Assembly: GCA_032718475.1 (NCBI GenBank)
Contig: JAUCBJ010006199.1
Coordinates: 3,887 to 67,886, forward strand
Origin: Nemertoderma westbladi
Lineage: Eukaryota > Animalia > Xenacoelomorpha
Length of the DNA stretch: 64,000 nt
Reading direction: 5' to 3'
The position numbers and the translations under genes were made by a program. This document shows, piece after piece, positions 1-11,585 of the stretch. How positions within the stretch are numbered: the first letter of the stretch is position 1; each line of letters begins with the position of its first letter. A model generated the notes under the pieces. That model did not search any database. It was not told the origin of the DNA and saw only the letters and a program-made list of their open reading frames with translations.

Positions 1-1392
1 ACCCAGCATCCAGTCCAACAGTAAAGACATGGACACATGGAGTAACATGGAGACCCGATTTGTTAAACGCTGCGGTTGTTGTGGAGCCGAAGCAAAAGAA
101 ATTAACTTATTGGAAAGTAGAGGGAAGGGGTGCAACAAAACTGTAATCGAATTCATAGAAGACACCGGCTGACCGGTAAGATGTCAAAAAAGTCATCTTA
201 TATTTGTCACAAATGTTATTATTATGGAGTTGCTGAATGTGCCAAAGTAACGAAAAGATTTAAAGCTACTGATACAGCCGAAGACCTACTACAATTGACA
301 TCGATCAGCCATCAACAAGTGCACCTTACATACCTGACAATAATCTAAAGACGTCAATTATTCGCACTGCTGGTACACTAAAGGGAAAATATAAGGAGTT
401 TCCTTTAGTGGATAATATTATCCCATTGATCGACAAGCCTGTGCTAAATTTTTGCTGCTCCTTGGCTGAATTAGATTCAAGTGAGGTGGAAACTGCCACC
501 ATGAAAATAAAGTTTCAAATTGTAAAAACTGAGTTCCTGTGCAACCTATCAGTCACCTATTTTATTGGTCCATTATCGTTCCAGCAAGCTTTTAATGCTT
601 ATGTTATTAACCACTGCAAGAACATATATACATAGTGCAGGTAGTCCAAATGGAAGTGTAACATTAATTCAGAAGATGATCGATGATATGGCTGTTCAAG
701 TACCTTACAGTTCCAGAGAAACTGGAGATATTCAAGTGGCCGTGGACAATAATCAAGTGTACTCTAAAACTTACCATGTAATTTATAGGCCAGCTTGAGC
801 AGATGGATATATATGTCTGTCAGAATTATATTGAAAAAGTTTGTTGTTAAGTAAGTTAAGATTTATTAATACCAGTATATATCGTTTTTATAATGATATA
901 CAGTTGCTATTAATATATATACAGTAAGCCCTATGCCTATATAGTTGTTATAATGATATGCAGTTGTTTCTGTAGTCCATATTTCTGATTTATCATTAGG
1001 CTTACCATTATCATTTATCATCTATCATTTATCATCATTTATCATTAGGTGTTGGTGTATAACCGTACTCTTCTTTTTTAGGGGTGTTACCATCTCAAAA
1101 ACGAGAGTGTTGTAAGTATGCTACACAAATGCCCAGAGCCTGTGCAATACAGTGCTCTTCAACAACTTGTTATAAATTCAGCAGCAATTACAAGTTTCAT
1201 TAACCAGTACACTTCCCAATTAGAACGAGTTTGTAATGATGCAAGAAAAATGTATCTTGCCAAGCTACTGGATGAGGTAAAGGCGGAATGCAGCCAATCA
1301 GATAATGTTGAAGAGTACATTAGAATCAAGAGTGGTGGTGGCTCTTCATCTGCAAATCCAGTTGCTAAGTGGAAGAGTGAGAAATATGAATA

Positions 1393-1966
1393 CGAAATAT
1401 CGAATACGTAAGGGAAAGGCATGGGCAGCCTTGAATAGGCTTTCCAGGATTTGGAAGTCACCTAGAATTAATCGGAAACTTAAGGTCCGATTATTTAGAG
1501 CAGCAGTAGTTCCAGTACTCCTCTACGGGAGTCCATGCTGGGCTCTAACTGCTGAGGACACCAAATCTCTGGATGGCACATTCACAAGAATGCTACGCCG
1601 GGTACATTGTGTCAAGTACAATGCACACATCTCCAACCAGACACTATATAACATTGGAGGTGTCTCATTGGTTCCCCCAAGCTTGACACTAGAACAAAAT
1701 CGCCTCCGCTTTGCAGGACATTGCTTTCGCCGTGAGGACCAGCCAGTGCATAATCTTGTACTTTGGCAGCCTCATGGAGTGAATAAGCATGGTGGACAGC
1801 CCATGACTTTCTTGAGACGCATCTTAAAGGACACTGGCCTTAAAGATGCGGATGATCTAGCAAATGTCATGGGTGATAGGGAGTTGTGGCGGTGCAATTT
1901 TGTTGACAAGCCGGCACAGCATTCTTAAAAATGCAGCTGCAATGCAGCATGCCGATCCTAGTAGTA
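1393..1966 (+). mobile_element. 5'-truncated RTE-clade non-LTR retrotransposon (ORF2 C-terminus)
   Basis: Translation RIRKGKAWAALNRLSRIW...FRAAVVPVLLYGSPCW...RLRFAGHCFR is typical of the RTE post-RT region. Short (TAG)n tail. 14-bp TSD GAGAAATATGAATA at 1379-1392 and 1967-1980. Confidence 0.9.
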
Positions 1967-2761
1967 GAGAAATATGAATATGTGGGCGGATCTGCTGTAC
2001 TCATCGATGAGACGAATGTAAAATTTAAAATTCATGACCCATATGAAGGGGATCCTGGATCTGTGAGTGCTGTTACTGACATGTTGAATAAACTGGTAAG
2101 TGATTTCGTTAACCATGACAGGAAATGGATAGTTGCTGTTATGGATGGGTTGCCATACCAATTCGCGCACCCCATCATAAAGCAAGATAACAATCTGCTG
2201 AAACATATATTATTAAAGCCTGGATTTGGTCACGTACATCATAAAATGATAACAACGCTAACTAGGGTATTGTGGGTACCTTTTGTGAAAGCTTTTGCGA
2301 CACAGATTGCAGGTTATAAATCTGTAAAGGCAATTAGTGTGTTTTACAACTCAGTCGATCACCATAAAATGGAAGAGTCGTATGATGTAATAATAGAAGG
2401 CAATTTGAAGGAATTATTACGGTTAGCAATTTCTGAAAGGATGAATGAACAACATCAAAATGGCGCATCAAACAATAATATAAATAGTATTACCCTTGAA
2501 AACATTACTAGTTGGGCCAATAGTATAAGTAATCCTTCTCTAAAGTTTATTTTTAAGTGGACTTACGGACCCTTATTATCCATGAAATTGTTTAAACAAG
2601 CTTTGCGCCACAACAACTCATTAGCCTTGGATGGTTTCCTGTTTAAGTTTGCTCCAGTGTTTTTTTCTCATACAAATTATATTTATCAAGGAATTTGCCT
2701 TCACTACTTTTCACAAAAGATTCAGATGACTCCTACAGTTCGAAACTTTTATGAAAACGAT

Positions 2762-2960
2762 TGTGGAGATGGCGTAGCCACGAAATAAAAACGTATGAAA
2801 AACTCGGATTCAAGTTCGAGCGATCGCTGATGGCATACTGCAGTCCTGTTGTACCATTATGTAGGTGGGCCTAGGCTAAAATCTCTAGGGTTGCTAGGTA
2901 ACCGTAATAACAAAGTTTCGGGACTGTATATTACATGTGTTATGTATGCGGGTTGCCACA
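2762..2960 (-). repeat. 3' LTR (199 bp)
   Basis: tgtggagatgg...gttgccaca, identical by eye to 6901-7099. Minus-strand PPT-like GGGGGTGG lies adjacent at ~2964-2971. Confidence 0.97.
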
Positions 2961-2985
2961 TGACCACCCCCAGTCTCGAAACGTA

Positions 2986-5900
2986 TTATAGATATTCGGG
3001 TGGACGGACCGTCCGGCCCGATCGAGTTTGTACGGGCGGTTGGGCTGGGGTTGGTGGTCTTTGCGTTAGTACCGGCGGTGTAGGAGGTACCGGAGGTGCG
3101 TTCGGGGGTCGACCTCGGCGCCGCGGTTGGCCGAGGACGACCGGCTCGGCAAAATCGAGATGGGCCTGTTTGAGTCGGTCGACTGAAATCGTTTCAGTTC
3201 GACCGCCCTTCTCGATCTTAAATGTTTTGGGTCCGGGGGTGAGGACCTTGTAAGGCCCCTCGTAGGGGCGTTCGAATGGCGTCCGGTGGGCGTCGCGCCG
3301 GACGAAAACGTAGGTAGCGTCGTGGAGGTCCGGTGGAACCGACGACGGAGTCAGTCCGTGGCGTGACGTCGGTACCGGAGCGAACCGCCCGACCGTATCC
3401 CGGAGTTGAGGGAGGATCGTGGACGGCGAGTGCTGGGCGCCTGTAGCCGGCGGAAGGAACTCGCCCGGGACGGTGAGGGGGGCACCGTAGACCAGTTCGG
3501 CGGAGGAGGTCCCCAAGTCGTCCTTGGGAGCGGTCCGGATTCCGAGGAGAACCCACGGCAACTCGTCGACCCAATCGGGGCCGGTGAGCGAGGCCCGCAG
3601 GGCGGACTTTAGGTGGCGGTGGAAACGTTCCACCAGTCCGTTCGCCTGCGGGTGGTAGGCCGTGGTGCGGTGCAGTTGGGTGCCCAGCAGCTGGTTGACG
3701 GCGGACCAGAGCTGGGAGGTAAACTGCGAACCGCGGTCGGAGGAGAGATCCGCGGGGACGCCGAACCGAGATATCCAGTTGGAGATCAGAGCCCGGGCGC
3801 AACTCTCGGTGGAGGTCTCAGTGAGGGGCACGGCCTCTGGCCACCGAGTGAACCGGTCGACCATCGTCAGCAGGTCAGTGAACCCGCGCGATGGTGGTAG
3901 AGGGCCGACCAGATCCACGTGGATGTGGTCGAACCGGCGGTGGGGGTTGGCGAAGGTGCCGAGGGGCGCGCGGACGTGGCGTTGCACCTTGGAAGACTGG
4001 CAAGGGACGCAGGTCTTCGCCCACTCGCCCACCTCTTTGCGGAGGCCGTGCCACACGAACCTGTCGGCGACGAGTTTCTTGGTGGTACGAGCGCCGGGGT
4101 GAGACAGGCCGTGTAGGGCGTCGAAGACGCGCCGTCGCCAGGCGACGGGGACGACGGGGCGCGGGCGTCCGAGAGAAACGTCGCAAAGTAGAGTGGCGTT
4201 GGCGGGGGCGAGCGGGACGTCTTCCAGTTGGAGGCCGGACACGGCGGAGCGGTAGGTTGGCAGCTCGGGGTCGGCGAGTTGGGCAGCCGCCATAGCCGTG
4301 TAGTCGAGGCCGGGGAGGAGGGTTCGAACCGCGCTGACGGTAGTCCTGGAGAGCGCATCCGCCACACAGTTGTCTTTGCCGGCGACGTGTTTGATCGCCG
4401 TGGTAAACTCGGAAATGTAGGCGATGTGTCGTTGTTGCCGATTCGACCACGGGTCGCTGATCTTGGCGAATGCGAACGTCAGGGGTTTGTGGTCTGTGTA
4501 GGCGGTGAATACGCGGCCCTCCAGGTAGTACCGGAAGTGGCGAACAGCGAGGTACAACGCGAGAAGTTCCCGGTCGAACGCGCTGTACTTCACCTCCGGG
4601 GGTCGAAGTTGGCGGCTGAAGAACGCCAGGGGGCGCCACGAGTCGCCGACGAGCTGTTCTAGAACGGCGCCCACCGCCGTGCCGGATGCGTCCACGGTGA
4701 GCGCCGTCGGTGCGTTGGCGTTGGGGTGGGCGAGCATCGTGGCGTTGGCGAGGGCTTCCTTGGCGTTCCGGAACGCCGCCGCCATGTCGGGGGTCCAGTC
4801 GAGGGACTTGGGTTTACCGGCAAGGGCCGCGTAGAGGGGCCGCGGGGACGAACCGATGATAGAAGTTCACCATCCCCACGAACTCCTGCAGGCCCTTGAC
4901 GGTGGTCGGTTGGGTGAACTCCCGGATGGCGGCGACCTTATCGGGGAGCGGGACGGCGCCGTGGGCCGAGATTCGGTGGCCGAGGAAGTCGATGGTCGAC
5001 CGACCGAACTCGCACTTGGCGAGGTTGATCACGAGGCCGTGTTCTTGGAGGCGCGTGAAGAGCTGACGGAGGTGGTCACGGTGTTCCTTGGGGGACCGAC
5101 TCGCGACGAGGACGTCGTCTAGGTAGACGAAGAGGAAGTCGAGTCCCTGGCACACCGTGTCCATCAGTCTCTGGAAGGCCTGGGCCGCGTTCTTCAGCCC
5201 GAACGGCATTCGAAGGAATTCAAACAGGCCGAACGGGGTTATAACCGCGGTCTTGGCGATGTCGGCCTCGGTTACGGGGATAGCCGCGCACCAGATCGAT
5301 CTTAGAAAAGATCTTCGCCCCAGCCAGTCTGGATGAGAAGTCCTGGATATGGGGGATAGGGTACCGGTCCGGAGTCGTGGCGTCGTTGAGGCGTCGGTAG
5401 TCGCCACACGGCCGCCATCCACCCGAGGGTTTAGGGGCCATGTGGAGGGGCGACGCCCAGGGACTGTTGGACCGGCGGATGATCCCCATCTCCTCCATCT
5501 TCCGGAACTCGTCCCGCGCGATCTCGAGTTTGTCTGGAGGCAGACGACGGGCGCGGGAGTAGACCGGGGGTCCCTCGGTGGGGATGTAATGTTTGACCCC
5601 GTGTTTCGCGGTGGGGTCGGAGAACCGAGGGATCGTTATATCGGGGAACTCGGCGAGGAGCCGTGCGAACTCGTCGTCCGAGGCGGTGACCGAACCGAGG
5701 TGGGGGGCGTGGCCCGTAGTCCGCCCGCACGGGATCGAGGTCAACGTCTCGGCGTCGACTAGACGGCGGCCTCTCAGGTCGACCAACATGTTGTTCGCTC
5801 GGAGGAAGTCGGCACCGAGGAGAGGCTGGGCGACGTCGGCCGCGATAAACTTCCACTGGAACCGGCGGGAGTGGAAGTCGAGTTTGACGGAGCGGTCGCC

Positions 5901-6110
5901 GTACGTTCGAATGTACGTTTTGTTGGCTGCGAGGAGGGGCGGCCCGCTCTGTCCCGAACGTTCCTCGCGAGTCGTCGCGGGAATAACGCTCACCTCCGCC
6001 CCGGTGTCGACCAAGAAGCGTTGCCCGGAAACGCGGTCCCAGGCAAACAGCAGCAGGTCGGTGTGGCCGGCCGTTGCAGCTGCTACAAACGGCCGGCCGG
6101 GGCGTTTCCC
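2986..6110 (-). pseudogene. pol: Pol (protease-RT-RNase H-integrase) with two frameshifting lesions in RT
   Basis: LVDTGAEVS protease; YLDD RT; TVDAS...DRELLA RNase H; HHCC + DDE integrase and GPY motif. Frame breaks near 5280 (KIDLVRGY then shift to IPV) and near 4840 (FVPAA then shift to PLYAAL). Confidence 0.9.
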
Positions 6111-6787
6111 TGGTAACTGCAGGGCGGGCGGCACTTCCTGGCTGAGGGGCCGAACGTCTGGTGATAATAGCACCAGTCCGGGTTCGAGTTCGGGGCCCGC
6201 GGGGCGGGAGTCGACGCCGACGAGGAGTTCTTGCCGGTTCGCTGCGGCGGGACCGGCGTCGGTTTCCTGACGGCGTGGGCCGCGAGTGAGGTCTGCCGGG
6301 AGGCCTCCCACAGCGCGTCGGCCCGGTCCGCAACCCTGTCGAGGTCGCGGAAGTCCTCCTCCGCGAGTTGGAGGCGGATTGCGGCGGGCATCTGCCGGAG
6401 GAAGGCCTCCTCGAAGAGGAGTCCCGCGTTGTCGTCGCCGAGGAGCGCCTGCATTTCTCCGAGGAGTTGCGTGGGGCGCCGGTCACCGAGGCCGTCGAGG
6501 TCCCAGAGTCGGGCTGCGCGCTCGCGTCGGGAGAGCCCGAAGGCTTTGAGAAGTTGGCCCTTGAGTTTGAGGTACTTCTCAGTAGCGGGAGGGTTCCGGA
6601 TGAGTTTTAGGAGGCGAGCGGCTGTCTCCTGGTCGAGGGCCCCCACCACGTAATAATATTTTGTAGTGTCCTCGGTGATGCTACGAATGTGGAACTGCGC
6701 CTCCGCCTGGGCGAACCACACCTCGGGTTGGGTGGTCCAGAACGGAGGCAGTTTGATAGAAACGGCGTTGGCGGTCGCTTCGGCCAT
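6083..6787 (-). CDS. gag: Gag of the CsRn1-clade retrotransposon
   Basis: KLPPFW...[13 protein letters not shown]-terminus; C-x2-H-x9-C-x3-C motif ([18 protein letters not shown]). Confidence 0.9.
   Translation of the reverse strand: MAEATANAVSIKLPPFWTTQPEVWFAQAEAQFHIRSITEDTTKYYYVVGALDQETAARLLKLIRNPPATEKYLKLKGQLLKAFGLSRRERAARLWDLDGLGDRRPTQLLGEMQALLGDDNAGLLFEEAFLRQMPAAIRLQLAEEDFRDLDRVADRADALWEASRQTSLAAHAVRKPTPVPPQRTGKNSSSASTPAPRAPNSNPDWCYYHQTFGPSARKCRPPCSYQGNAPAGRL
6104..6110 (-). promoter_or_regulatory. -1 ribosomal frameshift slippery heptamer G GGA AAC (gag-pol)
   Basis: Gag codons CAG GGA AAC (Q-G-N); the pol frame reads CCA GGG AAA CGC (P-G-K-R), i.e. -1; GC-rich sequence follows. Confidence 0.8.
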
Positions 6788-6890
6788 TGTCGTCAACACA
6801 GTTTCGGTGGCAGTTCCAGTTTGCTTGCAGGATCGTCAATCGTGTCTGCGTGTTGCGAGTCGCGGTCTCAAGAGTTCGTCCTGAGACGCT

Positions 6891-6899
6891 GGGTCACCA
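6891..6899 (-). promoter_or_regulatory. Primer binding site (tRNA-Trp type)
   Basis: TGGTGACCC just inside the 5' LTR, complementary to the tRNA-Trp 3' end GGGTCACCA, as known for CsRn1-lineage elements. Confidence 0.8.
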
Positions 6900-6900
6900 T

Positions 6901-7099
6901 TGTGGAGATGGCGTAGCCACGAAATAAAAACGTATGAAAAACTCGGATTCAAGTTCGAGCGATCGCTGATGGCATACTGCAGTCCTGTTGTACCATTATG
7001 TAGGTGGGCCTAGGCTAAAATCTCTAGGGTTGCTAGGTAACCGTAATAACAAAGTTTCGGGACTGTATATTACATGTGTTATGTATGCGGGTTGCCACA
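6901..7099 (-). repeat. 5' LTR (199 bp)
   Basis: Identical by eye to 2762-2960; followed on the minus strand by the PBS. Confidence 0.97.
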
Positions 7100-7838
7100 C
7101 GATTCCTATACAAGTAACCTGGACTTTAGAGGTGAGGCTCTCGATTACAGATTAGAATAAGTTCACAAAAAGTTAAAATCTCTTCTTCGATCTGGTTTGC
7201 CAATTTGGAAGCGCTGGGTGACTGGATATCAAAAGCATTTTCAAAGACGATTTCAGAACTGTTATTATTTTACCGAGGTACCAATTCTATCCTATATGCG
7301 ATTCTATCAGCTTTAACGTTGGTTACAGGAGGGGACAGTTTATGATTTTCTCTCCCGATCTGAGGCTCTTCAAACGGACATATCTTCAAAAGTTTTCGAT
7401 GAATTTGTATAATTGTGGGGCGAGACACGTAGTCGGCGAGCCTTGGCATACGGTTCATATAGGGCAAATGGGGCATGTCCGTCTGGTAAATCTTTGAACG
7501 CGAATTTCTCGGCATCGCTGATTTGAAATTGAACCAAACTTAGTAGGTAAGTAGTAGAGAGAAAGTTTAGAAAATTTGTAAAGTTTGGTGAAAAATCATG
7601 CAGTCTGACGTCAGCTACGACAGATTATGTGGTTTTTAGAAAATGTTACATTTATCGGGAACGCCTCATTTTCCAGAGCTGAAATTTTGGGGTATTAGTA
7701 CGTTTGAACGACACTAGCCAAACAATCATGAAATCAGATAGAAACTGATAAAAATTGCTACCGGTACCGGTATAGCAGTATTGTTAGGCCTACTGCTGTA
7801 CTGTTACTTACTGGCCTACTGTTTGTATACTGTACTCA

Positions 7839-8618
7839 TTGACTGTACTGTTACTTACTGGCCTACTGTTTGTATACTCGTTTGCTCTCGAAGTTCGAAT
7901 GCGTACTGCACATCTGTTGCTAGGCGACATTGTTGGGGTGCAAGGCAAAGGATCCCTTGTCGACTGGTACAATTTTATTAGAGAATTAATGTACCGCGAT
8001 CAAGAGGAGTCAGAGCCAATGGGTGGACCAGGACATATTGTCCAAATCGACGAGACGCTATTACGGGGAAAACGCAAGAGGAGCACCAACAACCGAGGTC
8101 GTTTGCTTGGTGGGGACCACTTTCCGTCATCCCGATCTAATTATGGGACGACAGTGGATGGGCCGTGGGTGTTTGGACTGGTATGGAAACGTCCAGATAA
8201 TAAAGTCGACATCCGCCTCTACCACGTTTTGCATCGTGATGCAGACACCCTCCGTCCTATTTTGGAGAAACATGTCGCCGGTGGAACCAAGATACAGTCC
8301 GACGAATGGTCTGCGTATTGCGGTGTGAATGTTGGCATAACAAACGCCACAAACCCGTGGTCTGCTACCAATGGAACAGGGACCTACATACACGAAACCG
8401 TCAACCATTCGGTAGAGTGGGTGAGTGCGACTGGCACCCACACTCAACGTATAGAGTCGATGTGGGGCCACTTAAAGACGTCAGTCATCCGCAATAAGAA
8501 ATGCACAACACCGCAACTTATTGCTGGCCACCTGGCAGAATTTCGGTGGAGACTTTTAAATCGCGACCGACCTTTCTCAAATCTCCTTGCACTTTTCAAA
8601 CATTACTACCCTTGCTGA
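7839..8618 (+). CDS. Merlin/ISXO2-like DDE transposase, probably N-terminally truncated
   Basis: VQIDET, WVFG, IQSDEWSAY, HETVNHS and HTQRIESMW motifs. ORF opens at TTG in a duplicated low-complexity stretch; no zinc-ribbon N-terminus is visible. Confidence 0.8.
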   Translation: MTVLLLTGLLFVYSFALEVRMRTAHLLLGDIVGVQGKGSLVDWYNFIRELMYRDQEESEPMGGPGHIVQIDETLLRGKRKRSTNNRGRLLGGDHFPSSRSNYGTTVDGPWVFGLVWKRPDNKVDIRLYHVLHRDADTLRPILEKHVAGGTKIQSDEWSAYCGVNVGITNATNPWSATNGTGTYIHETVNHSVEWVSATGTHTQRIESMWGHLKTSVIRNKKCTTPQLIAGHLAEFRWRLLNRDRPFSNLLALFKHYYPC

Positions 8619-8642
8619 ATGTCTATACTGTACCTTATACCT

Positions 8643-8771
8643 TAACCAACCCAAACGGCCCTTTTCAGGGCCAACTACTGTACGACCTGACTTCAACCCA
8701 AACGGCCCTTTTCAGGGCCATCTACTGTATGACCTGACTTAACCAACCCAAACGGCCCTTTTCAGGGCCAA
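8643..8771 (+). repeat. Internal tandem repeat of Merlin (3 copies of AACCCAAACGGCCCTTTTCAGGGCCA)
   Basis: Directly visible, ~50-bp period. Confidence 0.85.
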
Positions 8772-11495
8772 CATATGAAATAAACAACCGTATCGCAACA
8801 GCGTTATTAGCTTGTAATATTTTTTTACAATAAGATACACCCTCAGTCGGGGTAAATATTAATTATAATATTAGAAATATGTATGTACGGTAGACTGTAA
8901 TTAAGATTACGTACGCATAGTAAATCGTAATTAAACTAATAGATTAAGCTAAAATATTACATAATTAAGCTAGTAAATAATAGTAATAGTAGTAATAATA
9001 GTAGTAGTAAGTAATATAGATTAAAATACATTACCTTCAAAGAACTTAATAAATAATACCCATGCAATCCGCAAGGTGGTGAACAATACTGCTATACCGG
9101 TACCGGTACCATTATTTATCTGATTTTAGGCTTGTTTGGCTAGTGTCGTTCAAACGTACTAATACCAAATTTTGGTTGCTTGTAGAGAATCATAAAGTCT
9201 ATCTTCTACGAAATGGAAAAGTTAAGACATTTAATTGAGGATCGGCTACAGACTCCGAAGTAATGACATAGGCCTGCCGGTACGGTACTGCTGTACTGTA
9301 CAAGTACGAAATTGCAGAATAATAATTTGACACCACCTAGCGGATTAATATATAATTGTATATCAATCGAATACATTTTATAGCATGGGGTATAGGGTCC
9401 GAGCCACGAAGTTGGCGGAGCCTTTGCGAACTGGCGCTATCTCTTAGGGGGGTAGGTCAATTATGGCAAATAGTTCATTCAATAATTGTACTGTATGTCA
9501 TCATCGACGCTACGATTTTGACTTACTTATAACTTCGTCGGATTTAAAGCTTTCGAGTCTAAAATTAGTAGGCATCAATAAGACCATAAGTTTTGTTTTT
9601 TAGGGACTTCCAGACACCATCAAATCCTCAGTCTCTCGCTAGAGGGCTACATGTCAGATATTATATATCCTCACATTTTCTTTGCTTTAAACCCGTTCTA
9701 GTCCATGTACTGTATGGACCATTGTACTAGACCATTAACTGTGTCATTCAAAGGAAGCTCATCTGTCTGCAGTTCTCTAGTCTGCCGCTAGAGGGCAAAA
9801 TGTCTCAAAGTGCAATCAATGATTTAGCTGAAACATCAGATATGTGCTAGAACAAGTCCAGTGTGTTTGCCGGGCTAGGAATCAGTCCGACCAGTTCTAC
9901 CTCACCATTATTCCAGCTAGGTGTAATTATATAGGACATGCAATATTTAGTGTTTAGGCCCTAGAGTAATAAGACAGCTTGCTTATGGTTTATCTCGCAA
10001 AATGATTGGCTGAGTATTTAATGGAGATTCTTTAGAATAAATATAGCTAAATAATTTTGTTGTGACATCAACATGGTAAATTAATATTTCAGTATCAATA
10101 CTAAAACGTCATAAGGTAAGTTATAATATTTCTTATAAATTGTTTCGCCTCCACGCCTAAAATATATTACTTTTAAAACACAAATTTTCTGTTAATACCT
10201 GCAGCTGTGAACAATCCTCTGTGTACCTTTGGGTTGGGGTGCAGATTAAGGGGGGGGGGGGGGGGGGGGGGTTGAAAGCGAGCAACTTTCCCCTCTTATG
10301 ATTTATTTGCGGTTTGGTTAATTTCTTAAATACAGATTTTGTGTTAGAATTGCTCAATTTTAATTTGTATCTCATAACTGAGCCTCGTGCTGCGCGAAGG
10401 CCCCACGAACGTGTTTTTGTGTCTTATAGATGAGTAATTACAGATTCTTAAAAAAATGTCAAGGTGTGCCTGTAACCAAAATGCCGTTATTCAATTTTTG
10501 CCATTGGGGGACATTTTAGTGGTGTAGTAGAAAACAAAGTGTTCCAGGATCTCCTGTATGCTAACTATACATCTACAGATATGATGTTTCTTAAAATTTA
10601 TAGACAAATTTTCGAGCTTTCATTTGGTATTTAACATATTAACTTTTATTAACATCAGATAGAAACTAGAGCTCCTTATTTAACTGCTCCTAATCATTTT
10701 TTTGTCAGAAAATCACGTTTTCCGTGGTTTTTGACGATATCAAGCAAAATTTAATGCTATTTATTTACATTATCGTTTAGCAAACATGGTTTCCTAGATT
10801 CCTGATGAAAATGTCTACCTGTGACATTTTATTTCATGAGATTTCATTCAATAGAAATGGAATTACACCACAGTCTCACTTTTTTGTATGTTTTGACTTC
10901 TTTTCTGTATATTGCTCCAGTAGATGTCCAAATACTTAATGAACTTTGTTTGGACAATTGAAAAACTACATTTTTTAGTATGATTTTTGAGCAAAATTAT
11001 ATACAACTTTACGAGGTCCCAAAAAATATGATTCTAATATTAAGTCGAATCGTGTGCGAAACGTTTTCGCCACTTGTTGTGAGTTTGGGCCATACCCTCT
11101 ACGGATGCACTCTTACTAAAACTAAAAATCACCAAAAGGGATATAACAATAATTTTCCTGCTACTTTGAGTTGTTGTTCATTGCCAAAACTTTACATAAC
11201 AAATGAAACAAAAGTACGATTCAACTCTTAACAAAACTACCAGAAGAGGACTATCATAGAGAAGTCCTCCTCTTCATGGTAGTATACAAGTATAGCAAAG
11301 GTAACACATAAAACACATACATAGGCCGAGAGTATAGAATACATCAATTCATTTTTTATAAAAATAATAATACGGAGTTCAGTTCAGTGGATATAAATCA
11401 ACGTTTGCTTCTAATCAAGTGATTGCAATTAGTGAATCCGTATAATCTACTTGGATTCTTTCTCTTTGTACTCCTCTTTGATTCAGCATCCCCCA

Positions 11496-11574
11496 CTAAG
11501 GGGTGGGGGAGCGGTCGCTAAGTGGACTCTGGTGATAGGGAGGGGTTTCCGAGCGTGGGGACCTGGAGTATCGT
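11496..11574 (-). CDS. SRSF10: SRSF10/12-like, last coding exon (RYSRSPRSETPPYHQSPLSDRSPHP*)
   Basis: Acceptor tgttttag|, phase matches exon 4 (AG|A = Arg), SP/RS-rich, TAG stop. Confidence 0.7.
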
Positions 11575-11585
11575 CTAAAACATAC

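Larger units (their letters stand above)
2762..7099 (-). mobile_element. Full-length Ty3/gypsy LTR retrotransposon, CsRn1 clade
   Basis: Two 199-bp TG...CA LTRs, 4-bp TSD CGAT (2758-2761, 7100-7103), PBS TGGTGACCC, G-rich PPT, gag with CHCC motif, domain order PR-RT-RH-IN. Confidence 0.97.
408..7260 (+). pseudogene. Disrupted transposase-like ORF (DUF6589-like), split by a LINE and an LTR element
   Basis: Removing the LINE (1393-1980 including one TSD copy) joins ORF 1118-1392 in frame to 1981-2761 (KSEKYEY|VGGSAV). Removing the LTR element continues FYEND|SYTSNLDFRGEALDYRLE* at 7100+. Motifs VAVDNNQ, VMDGLPY, LKPGFGHVH. Family assignment is from motif recall only. Confidence 0.45.
7691..9166 (+). 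mobile_element. Merlin (IS1595/ISXO2-like) DNA transposon
   Basis: TIR GGTATTAGTACGTTTGAACGACACTAGCCAAACAA at 7691 and inverted ending 9166; 9-bp TSD AAATTTTGG (7682-7690, 9167-9175); internal transposase ORF. Confidence 0.93.

Noticed and set aside
3218-6916. Many overlapping alternative-frame and antisense ORFs in the LTR element
   Set aside because: Expected from high GC content; only the gag and pol frames carry recognisable motifs.
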